Shown here piece after piece: positions 52,025 to 61,300 of a stretch of 64,000 nucleotides of DNA. Location of the stretch: sequence record LR756511.1; one strand, 5' to 3'. The notes under the pieces are model-generated. The model saw only the letters and a list, made by a program, of their open reading frames with translations, ran no database searches and had not been told where the DNA came from. Numbering within the stretch: the stretch's first letter is position 1; every line of letters starts with the position of its first letter. Position numbers and translations under genes: made by a program.

Positions 52025-52654
52025 TTAAATGAATAACTCCTTCAGTTTTTTAGAAATAATATCTACCAAAAGTGCTTGTGCCTTAAGGTCTTCCGTAATA
52101 TTCATTAGACCTTGGTAAGCCAGTCCTAACTTCTCCATACTGATCTGTGTAGGACACTTGTTAATGCATAACCGAGGATTCCAAGTAGCTTCTGTCCAAC
52201 TAATCTCTAGCTTAGGAAACTGCTTGCCTAGTTTTAGGACAATGTAATCCATAAGGTCTTTTGTAGACCGAAGAACTTCAGGCTGAAGTTCTTCATCACC
52301 AAGATGAACGTCTGCTAGCTTTCGCCATTCAGCGAAAACATCAACATCCTTCCTAAAACCATGACCTCTTGCACCCGATAAATCAGGGGTTTCACAATCA
52401 CGAAGATCGTCTTGATATGTATATCTGATTTGAATTTCTTCTACCTCTTCGTCTAAATCTTCGAAGAGTTTGGCGGTTTCTTCGCGTTTACGTTGCTCGT
52501 CTGCCGCCGCTTTTTTCAATAAATCCTTGACTTCATCGACCGTTTGATCTCCGAGAGCCACGACTTCTGGTTCTTCTTGCGGGCGCACCACTTTATTGTC
52601 TTCTTTACAATAATGCCACCCGAACCCTTTCTGTTCCCAATCTCCAATTTTCAT
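52025..52654 (-). CDS. Hypothetical protein
   Basis: AAAGG RBS before ATG 52654. Confidence 0.65.
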   Translation of the reverse strand: MKIGDWEQKGFGWHYCKEDNKVVRPQEEPEVVALGDQTVDEVKDLLKKAAADEQRKREETAKLFEDLDEEVEEIQIRYTYQDDLRDCETPDLSGARGHGFRKDVDVFAEWRKLADVHLGDEELQPEVLRSTKDLMDYIVLKLGKQFPKLEISWTEATWNPRLCINKCPTQISMEKLGLAYQGLMNITEDLKAQALLVDIISKKLKELFI

Positions 52655-52779
52655 TTTTGCCTTTCTAATTAACAAAATGCTTCTATTTCTAGCGACGAGG
52701 AATACGAGTCCATTCAATTCCTAATCAATAGGAGCTATTTTTATCTATACAGATGGAAAAATTTTTACTTTAATTTTTC

Positions 52780-53799
52780 TTATTGAGCAGAATTTTCTGC
52801 GGCAATAAGGCAACCACGGGCTACGCTGTATAATGGATCATTTGGGCGAACAATATCGCCAACCTGAACCGTTAAATCTGCCGCCTTGATAACATCGCGG
52901 AAAAGAAGGTCAAACCCTTGTGGCATCGAAGTACCACCAGCAATAACCACGTTAATTGGCTTGTCTGAGCGAGCTTTTTTCCCAGCATCAGACAACCCCT
53001 TCTTAATGCCGTTAACCGTTTTTTCTATCATAATGCGGTACTGAGTTTGAATTGCTCGTTCAACCAAGTTCGTAGGAGCGGTATTCAAAGCAACCTTTGT
53101 CTTTTCCTGGTTGATATAAGTCGGATTTTCACCCGTAGCCTTTGCCGCCATCTTATCAATCCAGTCACCACTATTAACGATAGCAAACGTAAAGACTGGA
53201 ACGCCGAACATTGCATAACACAAATTAACCATACCAGCACCGAAAGAAATACCAATGCCAGTATAATTCTCAGTCTTCAATTCTGCATAAACCAATGCCA
53301 AACCTTCATTAATCGGCATTGCCTTTACTTTCAACTTGTCCTGATCGGATTCGTAACCTGTGAACACTGATTTCAGCACATCGGAGTGGTAATCGGCATC
53401 TGTCTCTTCGTTAATTGCATTGGCTGGAATGCTGTAATACAGGATTTCATTAGACTTCTTTACATTACCCTCAAGCAAGCTGTGAACCATAATGTTCAGG
53501 ACTTCGTATGCGTCCTTTTCCTTTGGATTTACGCATCCGTCCTTCATAGGTCGCTTGAGTTCTAATTGTGATAGCGTATAAGCCATGCGAACGGCTCGTT
53601 CGCCCAATCCATAAGCCTTATTGGAACGTTCGATTAAAGGCACTGGATCATCGCATGTTTTCATCATCTGGAACACCATGCGATCCTCTAATGGGATTTC
53701 AAGAAATGCATTTACTTCTCTATCATATACGAAATTGCCACTAGCATCTCTAGTGCAGCAAACCAAGTTGTAAGTTCCGCAATCAAAACCTATAGCCAT
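52780..53799 (-). CDS. Actin-like ATPase (MreB/MamK/ParM superfamily)
   Basis: Phosphate-1 IGFDCGTYN, connect-1 PINEGLA, phosphate-2 GISFGAGMVN, adenosine VIAGGTS and connect-2 SVARG. Confidence 0.85.
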   Translation of the reverse strand: MAIGFDCGTYNLVCCTRDASGNFVYDREVNAFLEIPLEDRMVFQMMKTCDDPVPLIERSNKAYGLGERAVRMAYTLSQLELKRPMKDGCVNPKEKDAYEVLNIMVHSLLEGNVKKSNEILYYSIPANAINEETDADYHSDVLKSVFTGYESDQDKLKVKAMPINEGLALVYAELKTENYTGIGISFGAGMVNLCYAMFGVPVFTFAIVNSGDWIDKMAAKATGENPTYINQEKTKVALNTAPTNLVERAIQTQYRIMIEKTVNGIKKGLSDAGKKARSDKPINVVIAGGTSMPQGFDLLFRDVIKAADLTVQVGDIVRPNDPLYSVARGCLIAAENSAQ

Positions 53800-53807
53800 A
53801 ATTACTC

Positions 53808-54038
53808 CTATGCTTTCTTTCCAAACTTAACTTTCTCACCAGACTTAAATTCAGGAATGGCCCAAACCGTCTTTTCTTCCTCATTTTCCTCAATAGTTTT
53901 CGGAGATTCCCTACGTGGACCAACTTCTAAACCGCCAGTCTGGTTAAGGTTTATATTTATATCAAGAGTAATGTGAAGTGTACATTCTCCATCTTTTGTA
54001 ACAATGCTCACATTTGATGGACTAATATAATCTGGCAT
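53808..54038 (-). CDS. Hypothetical protein
   Basis: GTATATA 4 nt before the ATG. Confidence 0.6.
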   Translation of the reverse strand: MPDYISPSNVSIVTKDGECTLHITLDININLNQTGGLEVGPRRESPKTIEENEEEKTVWAIPEFKSGEKVKFGKKA

Positions 54039-54041
54039 ACG

Positions 54042-55046
54042 CTATATACGCCACTTTTTCAACATTTTAGTCACACCATCCTCTATTTCTTCCTTCGTAA
54101 GATGACTCTGGCATGGCCTTCCGCCTATTGGATCACGCGGATTCTTACAATCCTCATGCGTGCAGTAAATGTAATTATAACAAGGACCACATGGCCAATC
54201 TCCGTTATCCCTATGCTTCTGCACAAGAACAAAATCGTAGAATTTGCCTCGTAACTTACCATCTACATGCGTAAAAATACCTGTCAATGGCTTCTTAATT
54301 GCGCCCGCATAATGAAAGTTCGACGTGTCTACCGTCACCACGTAATCCGCCGCATGAATGTAACTGAACCAGTCTTCGTAGCTTCTGCTAATCATTGCTG
54401 GGATATTGAATCTCTTGTAAAGTTCCACAGGCTGTTGGTGAGTTGCATAAACAAACAGCCCCTTATCTCGCAAAATATCCACAGCCCATTTCGTCTGCTC
54501 CAAAGTTAAACTTCGGAGTAAATCAAAGGCCAAAGGAGAGAAGAGAACACTTGGACCATCTTTGTTAAATTCAGACGTAGCCATCATCCTTAATTGCTTT
54601 ACCGCCAAATGTCCTTCTATCATTTTCTCTTTAGAAATTAATGGAAGATGCATGTCATGGTCAGTTAGTGGTACACCACAATGGTCAGCCCATATTTCGG
54701 CTCGATGTAGCTTGTTATTGCCCATTTCTTTTGATTCGTGGATGATGCAACACTTGCTGATGTCGTAGGAGACACCATATTGGTTTACATCTACAGTCTT
54801 TACATCTACCGCTTCGTCCAAGAAAGGATGGTTATTCAGAAGTGGTAAATATTGCTTATAACATGCAAATGTGACGTGTGCATTAGGCATTGCTTTTTTG
54901 ACATTGGCAAAAAGCATTCTGGCACAAAGGATATCGCCAATACCTCTGGCGTCTCTGGTAATGAGGACTTTATTCCTTCGACTGTGAAACTCTCGTAACG
55001 AAAGTTCATCAGGAGACTTGATCTTTTTCTTGATTCCTAGAAGCAT
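54042..55046 (-). CDS. GT9-like (heptosyltransferase-family) glycosyltransferase
   Basis: RGIGDIL, PFLDEAV, ADYVVTVDTSNFHYAGAIKKP and a C-terminal CGPCY...C...C cluster. Confidence 0.8.
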   Translation of the reverse strand: MLLGIKKKIKSPDELSLREFHSRRNKVLITRDARGIGDILCARMLFANVKKAMPNAHVTFACYKQYLPLLNNHPFLDEAVDVKTVDVNQYGVSYDISKCCIIHESKEMGNNKLHRAEIWADHCGVPLTDHDMHLPLISKEKMIEGHLAVKQLRMMATSEFNKDGPSVLFSPLAFDLLRSLTLEQTKWAVDILRDKGLFVYATHQQPVELYKRFNIPAMISRSYEDWFSYIHAADYVVTVDTSNFHYAGAIKKPLTGIFTHVDGKLRGKFYDFVLVQKHRDNGDWPCGPCYNYIYCTHEDCKNPRDPIGGRPCQSHLTKEEIEDGVTKMLKKWRI

Positions 55047-55073
55047 GTATTAACATAGTACAAAAACAAAAAA

Positions 55074-55092
55074 GGCGAGTCTGAAACTCGCC
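55074..55092 (-). terminator. Intrinsic terminator
   Basis: GGCGAGT/ACTCGCC stem flanked by A- and T-tracts. Confidence 0.7.
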
Positions 55093-55120
55093 CCTTTTGT
55101 TTTAAATTGGTTAACTTGCT

Positions 55121-55705
55121 TTAGCTGTTGCACTGAACAGATAGCGATGCGATAACCTGTAGGGTTGTTCCAGCAGCGCTCTGGAATCCTAGCTTGGTTA
55201 CACTTAAATCTCCAGCGTTGAAGATTTGAGTTGCGTTAGATGTCAATGTCATAATCGCGCTAACATCACCATTCAACTCGATTGTTGCCGCGTTACCGCC
55301 CGTAGGGTTCGTAATCTGAACGAACTGAGCAGGACCGCCATAAGTGCCAACAAAGTCGATGAAGTTGGTTGCATAGGTATCGGTATTGAGTACCGTAACC
55401 GCGAATACCTTCGGGAAGGTGTTTTCGCCTGGAACGTCCGAGAATACGCTTCCGTCGTCAACTAAGACTTCAATGAAGCCCGTGTCTGGATGGACTGCGA
55501 TATCAAACCTCTTCCAATAGTTACAATCTGTGAATACCTGACCGTCGAACAATTCACGGTAGATTCTGTTTGGACCTGCACAGAACATAGTTCTCTGCTT
55601 CGATGGCTGCATCTGATTTCCTAAGAAACCTGGGCTTGCCGTTGCTGGGTTGTAGTCCAAATAACCCTGCTGATTTGTGTTTACATGTACCTTAAATACA
55701 CTCAT
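55121..55705 (-). CDS. Putative virion structural protein
   Basis: Beta-rich Thr/Gly/Asn composition, own terminator, GGAG RBS. Confidence 0.55.
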   Translation of the reverse strand: MSVFKVHVNTNQQGYLDYNPATASPGFLGNQMQPSKQRTMFCAGPNRIYRELFDGQVFTDCNYWKRFDIAVHPDTGFIEVLVDDGSVFSDVPGENTFPKVFAVTVLNTDTYATNFIDFVGTYGGPAQFVQITNPTGGNAATIELNGDVSAIMTLTSNATQIFNAGDLSVTKLGFQSAAGTTLQVIASLSVQCNS

Positions 55706-55753
55706 TTTAACTTAACTCCATGTTAAAAGTTCTTCGGTCTGTCTAGAGTGTAT

Positions 55754-56062
55754 CTATTCATCTACTTTAATTTTTGCTTCCTCAAGCAATGATTTTAAGT
55801 CCTGTTTTTCTTCCAAATTACGTGAGCAAGCCATTTTCCCGCTAAAATCAGCCAATTTTGACTTAAGAATAATGTTCCTGCGCCCATACACAATCTTCTT
55901 CATCGTGGTATCACAGGCAATAAATACCTTTAAACCTTTAAGTTCTTGCTCGATAGTGTCTCTGGCTTTAAGGATGTCGTTTAAAAAATCAACATCGTTG
56001 CCGAAATAAGATAAACAATAGTTGTCTTTGACTTCTACATATTTTGATAAAGGAATTGCCAT
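55754..56062 (-). CDS. Hypothetical protein
   Basis: 102-aa ORF. Confidence 0.65.
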   Translation of the reverse strand: MAIPLSKYVEVKDNYCLSYFGNDVDFLNDILKARDTIEQELKGLKVFIACDTTMKKIVYGRRNIILKSKLADFSGKMACSRNLEEKQDLKSLLEEAKIKVDE

Positions 56063-56213
56063 GTCTGACTCTCAAGAAAAAACCAAATTAGCCTATGAAT
56101 CGTTCGACGCTTTTGTAAAGCAGTTCGAACCACTTGACTATCATAGTAAAATGGTTATCGAGATTTTCTTTAAGGTCTTGCTTGAAAGAGCAAAGACTAC
56201 TCAAAGGCGTTAA
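56061..56213 (+). CDS. Possible 50-aa protein
   Basis: AAAGGA RBS. The start codon overlaps the opposite-strand start in CATG. Confidence 0.4.
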   Translation: MSDSQEKTKLAYESFDAFVKQFEPLDYHSKMVIEIFFKVLLERAKTTQRR

Positions 56214-56496
56214 GAATAGTCACAAAGAACTTTGGGATGCGGAAGGTGCCAGAATGGACTTCAATCAAAAGGATATTGTCCCCGTCGCACTCTAAAATTG
56301 TTCCACCACGGCGCTTGAAATCTTTTGCCATTTCGTAAAGATCGCCCTGATCTACGTCCATTTTTGTGACAAGCCTTTTAAGGCTAAGCTTAGACTCTAC
56401 GACTGCACCGCGATATCTTGGCTTTCTCGATGATTCAAACTTCTGTTTGCTCATCCACTTTCTAAAATCATTTAGTGAAAAACTAGGTTCACTCAT
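56197..56496 (-). CDS. Hypothetical protein
   Basis: MSEPSFSLNDFRKWM, coupled to the upstream gene. Confidence 0.65.
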   Translation of the reverse strand: MSEPSFSLNDFRKWMSKQKFESSRKPRYRGAVVESKLSLKRLVTKMDVDQGDLYEMAKDFKRRGGTILECDGDNILLIEVHSGTFRIPKFFVTILNAFE

Positions 56497-57319
56497 TAAA
56501 ATAACCCTTTATATCTTTCTCAGATATATATGTAGCAAACTCGTAATCTGGCTCCCCGTCCGTGTAAGACACATTAATTTTTGCCATTTTAAGCCAATAC
56601 AAGTTAGCGTCAATCAACGACAGAGCCATTTTCTGCGGCGGATATATCCACAACCCCTCTTTTAAAACTTCGCTCCCAGGACGCTCTGTTTCATACATCT
56701 CTAAAATAGACATAAGCATAATTTTTTTAGCCTTAAATCTATAAGCGATATTCAAAGCCGCACAAACAGGATTTCGGTAATCGTCAATAAAATCATCTAC
56801 GTCCTCCGTGTCGCCATTATAAATATGGTTAATTGCTGGATTATAAACATATAATGAACCCTTATACAAATCCAAAAAATCAGGATTTGTACGCTTGGAC
56901 GCGATACATTTTGGCCAGGACTTAATGAGTTGAGGATAAAAGAATAGACATTCTTGATAGGGATTATTCACTATGTAGTAGTTCAGCCTTCTTGAAGAGT
57001 TCCATTTTGCAAATGCGCCATTTACTCCCACGACTACTACATCAGGTGGTAAGCTCTCAATAATTTTCAAATTCTTGTCGAAATTATAACCATCACCAAC
57101 AATCACAATCTTCTCATGTTTAAAATCCTCTACTTCAAACTTGGAGAATGGTTTTGTTGTATTTTTAAGCTCATTATTCAGGGCCAGCTTAATATCTTCA
57201 AGTGGCAATAAATCGTTTATGTCTACTGCTTTTATATTTCGCTTCGTAAAATTCCTAACCCAATGTCCATCTCTAGACAGAATATATTCGTTCTTATCTT
57301 TATGCTTTTTGATTATCAT
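56489..57319 (-). CDS. DUF115/Maf-like (sialyltransferase-like Rossmann) protein
   Basis: KIVIVGDGYN...VVVGVNGA...YYIVNNP and NPVCAALNIAYRFKAKKIML. Confidence 0.55.
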   Translation of the reverse strand: MIIKKHKDKNEYILSRDGHWVRNFTKRNIKAVDINDLLPLEDIKLALNNELKNTTKPFSKFEVEDFKHEKIVIVGDGYNFDKNLKIIESLPPDVVVVGVNGAFAKWNSSRRLNYYIVNNPYQECLFFYPQLIKSWPKCIASKRTNPDFLDLYKGSLYVYNPAINHIYNGDTEDVDDFIDDYRNPVCAALNIAYRFKAKKIMLMSILEMYETERPGSEVLKEGLWIYPPQKMALSLIDANLYWLKMAKINVSYTDGEPDYEFATYISEKDIKGYFNE

Positions 57320-57322
57320 AAC

Positions 57323-59347
57323 TTATCTCGGTGGCACAACTAAGTTAGTCAAAAGTCTTTCCAAATCTGGACTAGGCTTTAATTCCACTGGGAGACCAAC
57401 ATAACTCATCAAGACTACTGGATTCTCTGGCATCAATAATTGAATAGTACGAGGAATATCTTCCTCAATTTTTATAGACTGAGGAATACCAGTGACTTGT
57501 AATGTCTGCGGCATACCCGTAACTTCCAATCGTAACACACTTGGGAAGTTTGGCGCAGGCTCCACAAGAATAGAGCGTGGAATGCTCGATCCGTCCACGA
57601 AGATTTTGTCAGGGAAATTATGCTTTACCTCAATACTACGAGGAATATCGCCCTTAATCGTAATCTCTGTTGGAATCGGCTGCGATGGTCCTAGAATCTT
57701 AATCTCTTCTGGTATTCTTGGAACAATAAGCCTGATCTCATCAGGAATTCCAATATCGGCTGCGGTCACTGGAATCGTGTCCTGTTCTTGTGTTTCTGCC
57801 ATTGGACCAAATCCAAACGGCGCCATTGCCACAGGAGGCGTTGGTGTCGTAGAAGCTGGACATATAATCTGAACCGATACAATCGGAGGATGTCCCCAAT
57901 CCACCGAAATCACTGGCGGTGTAGTAAAACTAATCGGTAGAAATTGTGGCGGCGTACAAAAGCTTATACAATCAAACGATGGTGGATGACAGAAGCTTAT
58001 GCAATCAAATGTCGGTGGATGGCAAAAGCTTATGCAATCAAACGTCGGTGGATGACAGAAGCTCACACAATCAAAGGATGGTGGCTGGCAAAAGCTTATG
58101 CAATCAAACGATGGCGGATGGCAGAAACTAATGCAGTCAAACGATGGTGGTTGACAAAAGCTTATGCAATCAAACGAGGGCAACTGACAGAAGCTTATGC
58201 AATCAAAGCTGATGAAGCTTGGAATGCAACATCCTGCCAATGTTATAACCGATGGAATACTAAACCCTTCCAACAGCACCGTAATGCTAGGTTGGCACGG
58301 CGATATAACGCTGATTATTGACGGACCACAAGAAATCTCCACAATCGAGACAATAACACTTGGGCACTGGAACGAAGGAATCACACTGGTTGAAGCTGCA
58401 CAATTACCTTCAGGGAAGATAATTGGCGGAAAGTTCATCAACGGACCAGGGCATATCTGCTTCGGTTGCACAAATGAAGGAAATTCTGGAAGCTCAGGTA
58501 TTGTAATGTAGAACGGCACTGATGGCGTTGGCACATTAGGTCCGTCTGTGCAAAATTCATTTGGTGGTGTCGGACTTTGAACAATACAGCAATTGTTTCC
58601 ATTGACTGTTACTGTTGGGTTAAATGGGCCGCTGGACGTATATTGATGAACACCTTGAAGCTGATTCGTCTCTGTAATACCATCGCCAAAATCTACTTCG
58701 AAAGAATTGTAATTGCCAAAGATACGGATACAGAATTCAGCTATATTTTGGTCGTTTACGTTGAAATCAAACTCAACGTCTGGACAATCCTCATTGCTAA
58801 CAGCACTGCAACTCAAAATGTTAGTGATAGACTGATGTAGCGAACTAGTAAAGGCCATATCTACATCCGCCAACAAAGTCTGCGGTTTGGTAAATGATAA
58901 GTTTTTTCTAATTCTTTGTTGAGACTTTAGTTGCGGACCAACTTTGAGCATGTCTCCAATGTCGCCAATGGCATCTTCAATAGCTATAACTACGTCCACA
59001 AGTTGATTGTGCGTTTGAGCAATAACATTTGATGAAATTACCGTGCCTTCACGATAAGCGGCTGGCGTGCCTTCCACACCACGGATACAGTCTTTAAACT
59101 CATTGACCTTACCATTTACGTCTCTACCCACAGAGTCATAGTAAATTAGTTCGTCCTTGATGGTGATAAAACCATTGTCAGGCCATAGTTCAGCGGCATT
59201 TGCGCTTTGTGGCGAAATATGAATGGAGTCGTCACTTTCACTAACGTCTTTCGTAAGGGAAGACTGACTACTATTTCTAGACGCAAATAGTGTATAATCC
59301 GAGTCTAATGCAAGTGGATATACTGGTTTTGGTATCGCTTTAGGCAC
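57323..59347 (-). CDS. Fibre-like structural protein: shared N-domain, PKD domain, Cys-rich repeats
   Basis: YPLALD...WPDNGFITI..ELIYY, DFGDG PKD motif, 8x FDCISFCxPP. Confidence 0.75.
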   Translation of the reverse strand: MPKAIPKPVYPLALDSDYTLFASRNSSQSSLTKDVSESDDSIHISPQSANAAELWPDNGFITIKDELIYYDSVGRDVNGKVNEFKDCIRGVEGTPAAYREGTVISSNVIAQTHNQLVDVVIAIEDAIGDIGDMLKVGPQLKSQQRIRKNLSFTKPQTLLADVDMAFTSSLHQSITNILSCSAVSNEDCPDVEFDFNVNDQNIAEFCIRIFGNYNSFEVDFGDGITETNQLQGVHQYTSSGPFNPTVTVNGNNCCIVQSPTPPNEFCTDGPNVPTPSVPFYITIPELPEFPSFVQPKQICPGPLMNFPPIIFPEGNCAASTSVIPSFQCPSVIVSIVEISCGPSIISVISPCQPSITVLLEGFSIPSVITLAGCCIPSFISFDCISFCQLPSFDCISFCQPPSFDCISFCHPPSFDCISFCQPPSFDCVSFCHPPTFDCISFCHPPTFDCISFCHPPSFDCISFCTPPQFLPISFTTPPVISVDWGHPPIVSVQIICPASTTPTPPVAMAPFGFGPMAETQEQDTIPVTAADIGIPDEIRLIVPRIPEEIKILGPSQPIPTEITIKGDIPRSIEVKHNFPDKIFVDGSSIPRSILVEPAPNFPSVLRLEVTGMPQTLQVTGIPQSIKIEEDIPRTIQLLMPENPVVLMSYVGLPVELKPSPDLERLLTNLVVPPR
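57914..58210 (-). repeat. In-frame 33-nt tandem repeat (8 copies plus a degenerate ninth) encoding (S/T)FDC(I/V)SFCxxP
   Basis: Core AAGCTTATGCAATCAAA recurs every 33 nt on the + strand. Confidence 0.92.
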
Positions 59348-59356
59348 TTAACTCCT

Positions 59357-61300
59357 TTAATATATTGTCATTAACCATTGCCCATTAAAAGGACTGTGGT
59401 TGAAATTAACATATGACATATCTATTTCATTAAACTTGAAAAAGGCTGTGTTCTCAATGCTAATTATCGCTGAGGATTCCCCATCGGAAGCTGCGAGCAA
59501 ACTATTTAGTTCATTGCGAGCTATTTTATTGTGAGGATTTACCAGTTCCCACACCCCGCTCTTGTCATTGAAACAGTATGTAGCCCCAGCATTATTAAAG
59601 AAGTATATGCCGTGCGTCATTGCTACCAATGAGCCTTCCTTATTGTAATCTCCTGGCATATCTGGTAGCTTAATTAAGTTTTTAAACGGGCGTCCTAATG
59701 TTCCCTCTGTCTTGTAAAAACTATGGAATGAATAGTATTCACCAATTTCTTGTTTAAGGATATATCCCACACTATCCTTCCATGCCGTTCGATAGTAACC
59801 ATAACCAGACAATAGATCGTGTGCCCCACCCTTCATGTTTTTGTAATCTAAAGTCTCTGTAGTGGCTGTCCCCGTTACTGAATCATACTGCGTTTTTTCC
59901 TTATTGCCTAAAACAAAATAGATATCCCTTCCTGATGTCAAAGCAGCCCAATTCCAAGGTTTTTGAAGGCTTGGTCGCGTTTCGTAAATATCTGTAAAAC
60001 CGTTATAATTGAACAAATTGATGGTTTCTGCACTTTCCTCATCGTGTGGACTTCGACCACTAGCCCAAAAGACGGTGCATATGCCGCCATTACCTGAACT
60101 TACATCCGATTGCTTCGAACTACCATTACTCCTCCAAAACTCCAGTTGTTTCTTAGGTGCCGTCGCCTCGATGAATTTGTCATTCGCATTTAACGTGTAT
60201 GTATTGTTGGAAGTCTTTAGCACTTCACACTTTAGGCCAAATTCGTAGGAGCGGATTATATTATTGGTTCGTTGCCAAATCCAAGCATTAATCGGGTCTA
60301 CCACATCAACGCATTCAGCGTGGGTTGAGACTCTATAAGAGCCTAAGTCTGTGTCCGACCTAACGTTAACGTCGAACTTTCCACCTGTGGAGTACAAAGC
60401 TTTTGTTTTTAATGAATTTGAATGAGGTAAATCATCACCAAGATTCCATGTGTAGCTTGTCACCAAATCTTTCTCTGATTTAATTAGTTCTACGGATACT
60501 GGCTGGTTTACAGGAGTTCTAAGTTTATTATCCACTAGCATTTGTGATTCATTTGGAACGAATTTAATAGCTAATGGTTCTGGCGCATGATCTTTAACTT
60601 TAACTGCATTGACAAACGTTACTGTATCCTCGCCATAATGATTGCGCATAGTAAGGGAGATGGTGTAGTTTCCAGGTGATAGGAATGTTCTTTCGATTAC
60701 TGGCTGTGTGGTCGTGTATTCCTCATCATTGAACTTCCACGTATAACTTATATCTCCTACTGGACCTGTATTACCAGTGCCAGAAAATACAAATCTGGTT
60801 GTAAATGGTGCTACGCCTGTTGTGTTTTCAATTTCAAACCAAGCTTTCGGAGAGAACACCACCTTCCTCAGAAAGTTAATGCGACCGAAGATCGTATCGC
60901 CTTTTGGCAAGTCGTCTACCTGATGTTTTGTTCCAAGGTATTTTTCGATGGAGAAAATAGCATCCTTGAGTGCCTCACGATGGTCAGCCATGACTTGCAT
61001 TGTGATAGTTGTTATCTTCTTAGGCTTAAAACAATTGACAGAATCGGGCAACAATTCCAGGTCTAGGAATTCTCGCTTTGTTCTACTGCCATAGCGAAGA
61101 GATATAGCTCTTTCTTTTGGAGTGCTGCACTGATCGACAAGGGTAATGATTCCAGAAGGAGGGAATTTGTTGCTTATGTCTCCGTCCGCAACAATAGCAT
61201 CATGACCAGGATAATAGTCGAAACCTAGTGGCACCTGCAATTTGTCACCAACGAGATAAAGATTGTCGTCTCCATCAAAGTTTTCTGGATATCTGCTCAT
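59357..61300 (-). CDS. PKD-domain structural (baseplate/fibre-like) protein
   Basis: Same N-domain as its neighbours, two PKD-like repeats (SYTWKF..., SYTWNLGD) and a beta-rich C-terminus. Confidence 0.75.
   Translation of the reverse strand: MSRYPENFDGDDNLYLVGDKLQVPLGFDYYPGHDAIVADGDISNKFPPSGIITLVDQCSTPKERAISLRYGSRTKREFLDLELLPDSVNCFKPKKITTITMQVMADHREALKDAIFSIEKYLGTKHQVDDLPKGDTIFGRINFLRKVVFSPKAWFEIENTTGVAPFTTRFVFSGTGNTGPVGDISYTWKFNDEEYTTTQPVIERTFLSPGNYTISLTMRNHYGEDTVTFVNAVKVKDHAPEPLAIKFVPNESQMLVDNKLRTPVNQPVSVELIKSEKDLVTSYTWNLGDDLPHSNSLKTKALYSTGGKFDVNVRSDTDLGSYRVSTHAECVDVVDPINAWIWQRTNNIIRSYEFGLKCEVLKTSNNTYTLNANDKFIEATAPKKQLEFWRSNGSSKQSDVSSGNGGICTVFWASGRSPHDEESAETINLFNYNGFTDIYETRPSLQKPWNWAALTSGRDIYFVLGNKEKTQYDSVTGTATTETLDYKNMKGGAHDLLSGYGYYRTAWKDSVGYILKQEIGEYYSFHSFYKTEGTLGRPFKNLIKLPDMPGDYNKEGSLVAMTHGIYFFNNAGATYCFNDKSGVWELVNPHNKIARNELNSLLAASDGESSAIISIENTAFFKFNEIDMSYVNFNHSPFNGQWLMTIY

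Noticed and set aside
57914-58210. 33-nt periodic repeat resembling a CRISPR array
   Set aside because: There are no unique spacers. Units are contiguous, in frame, and vary mainly at synonymous positions within a long CDS.
57944-58511. Plus-strand ORFs with repeated AYAIKRW motifs
   Set aside because: Antisense translations of the Cys-repeat region.
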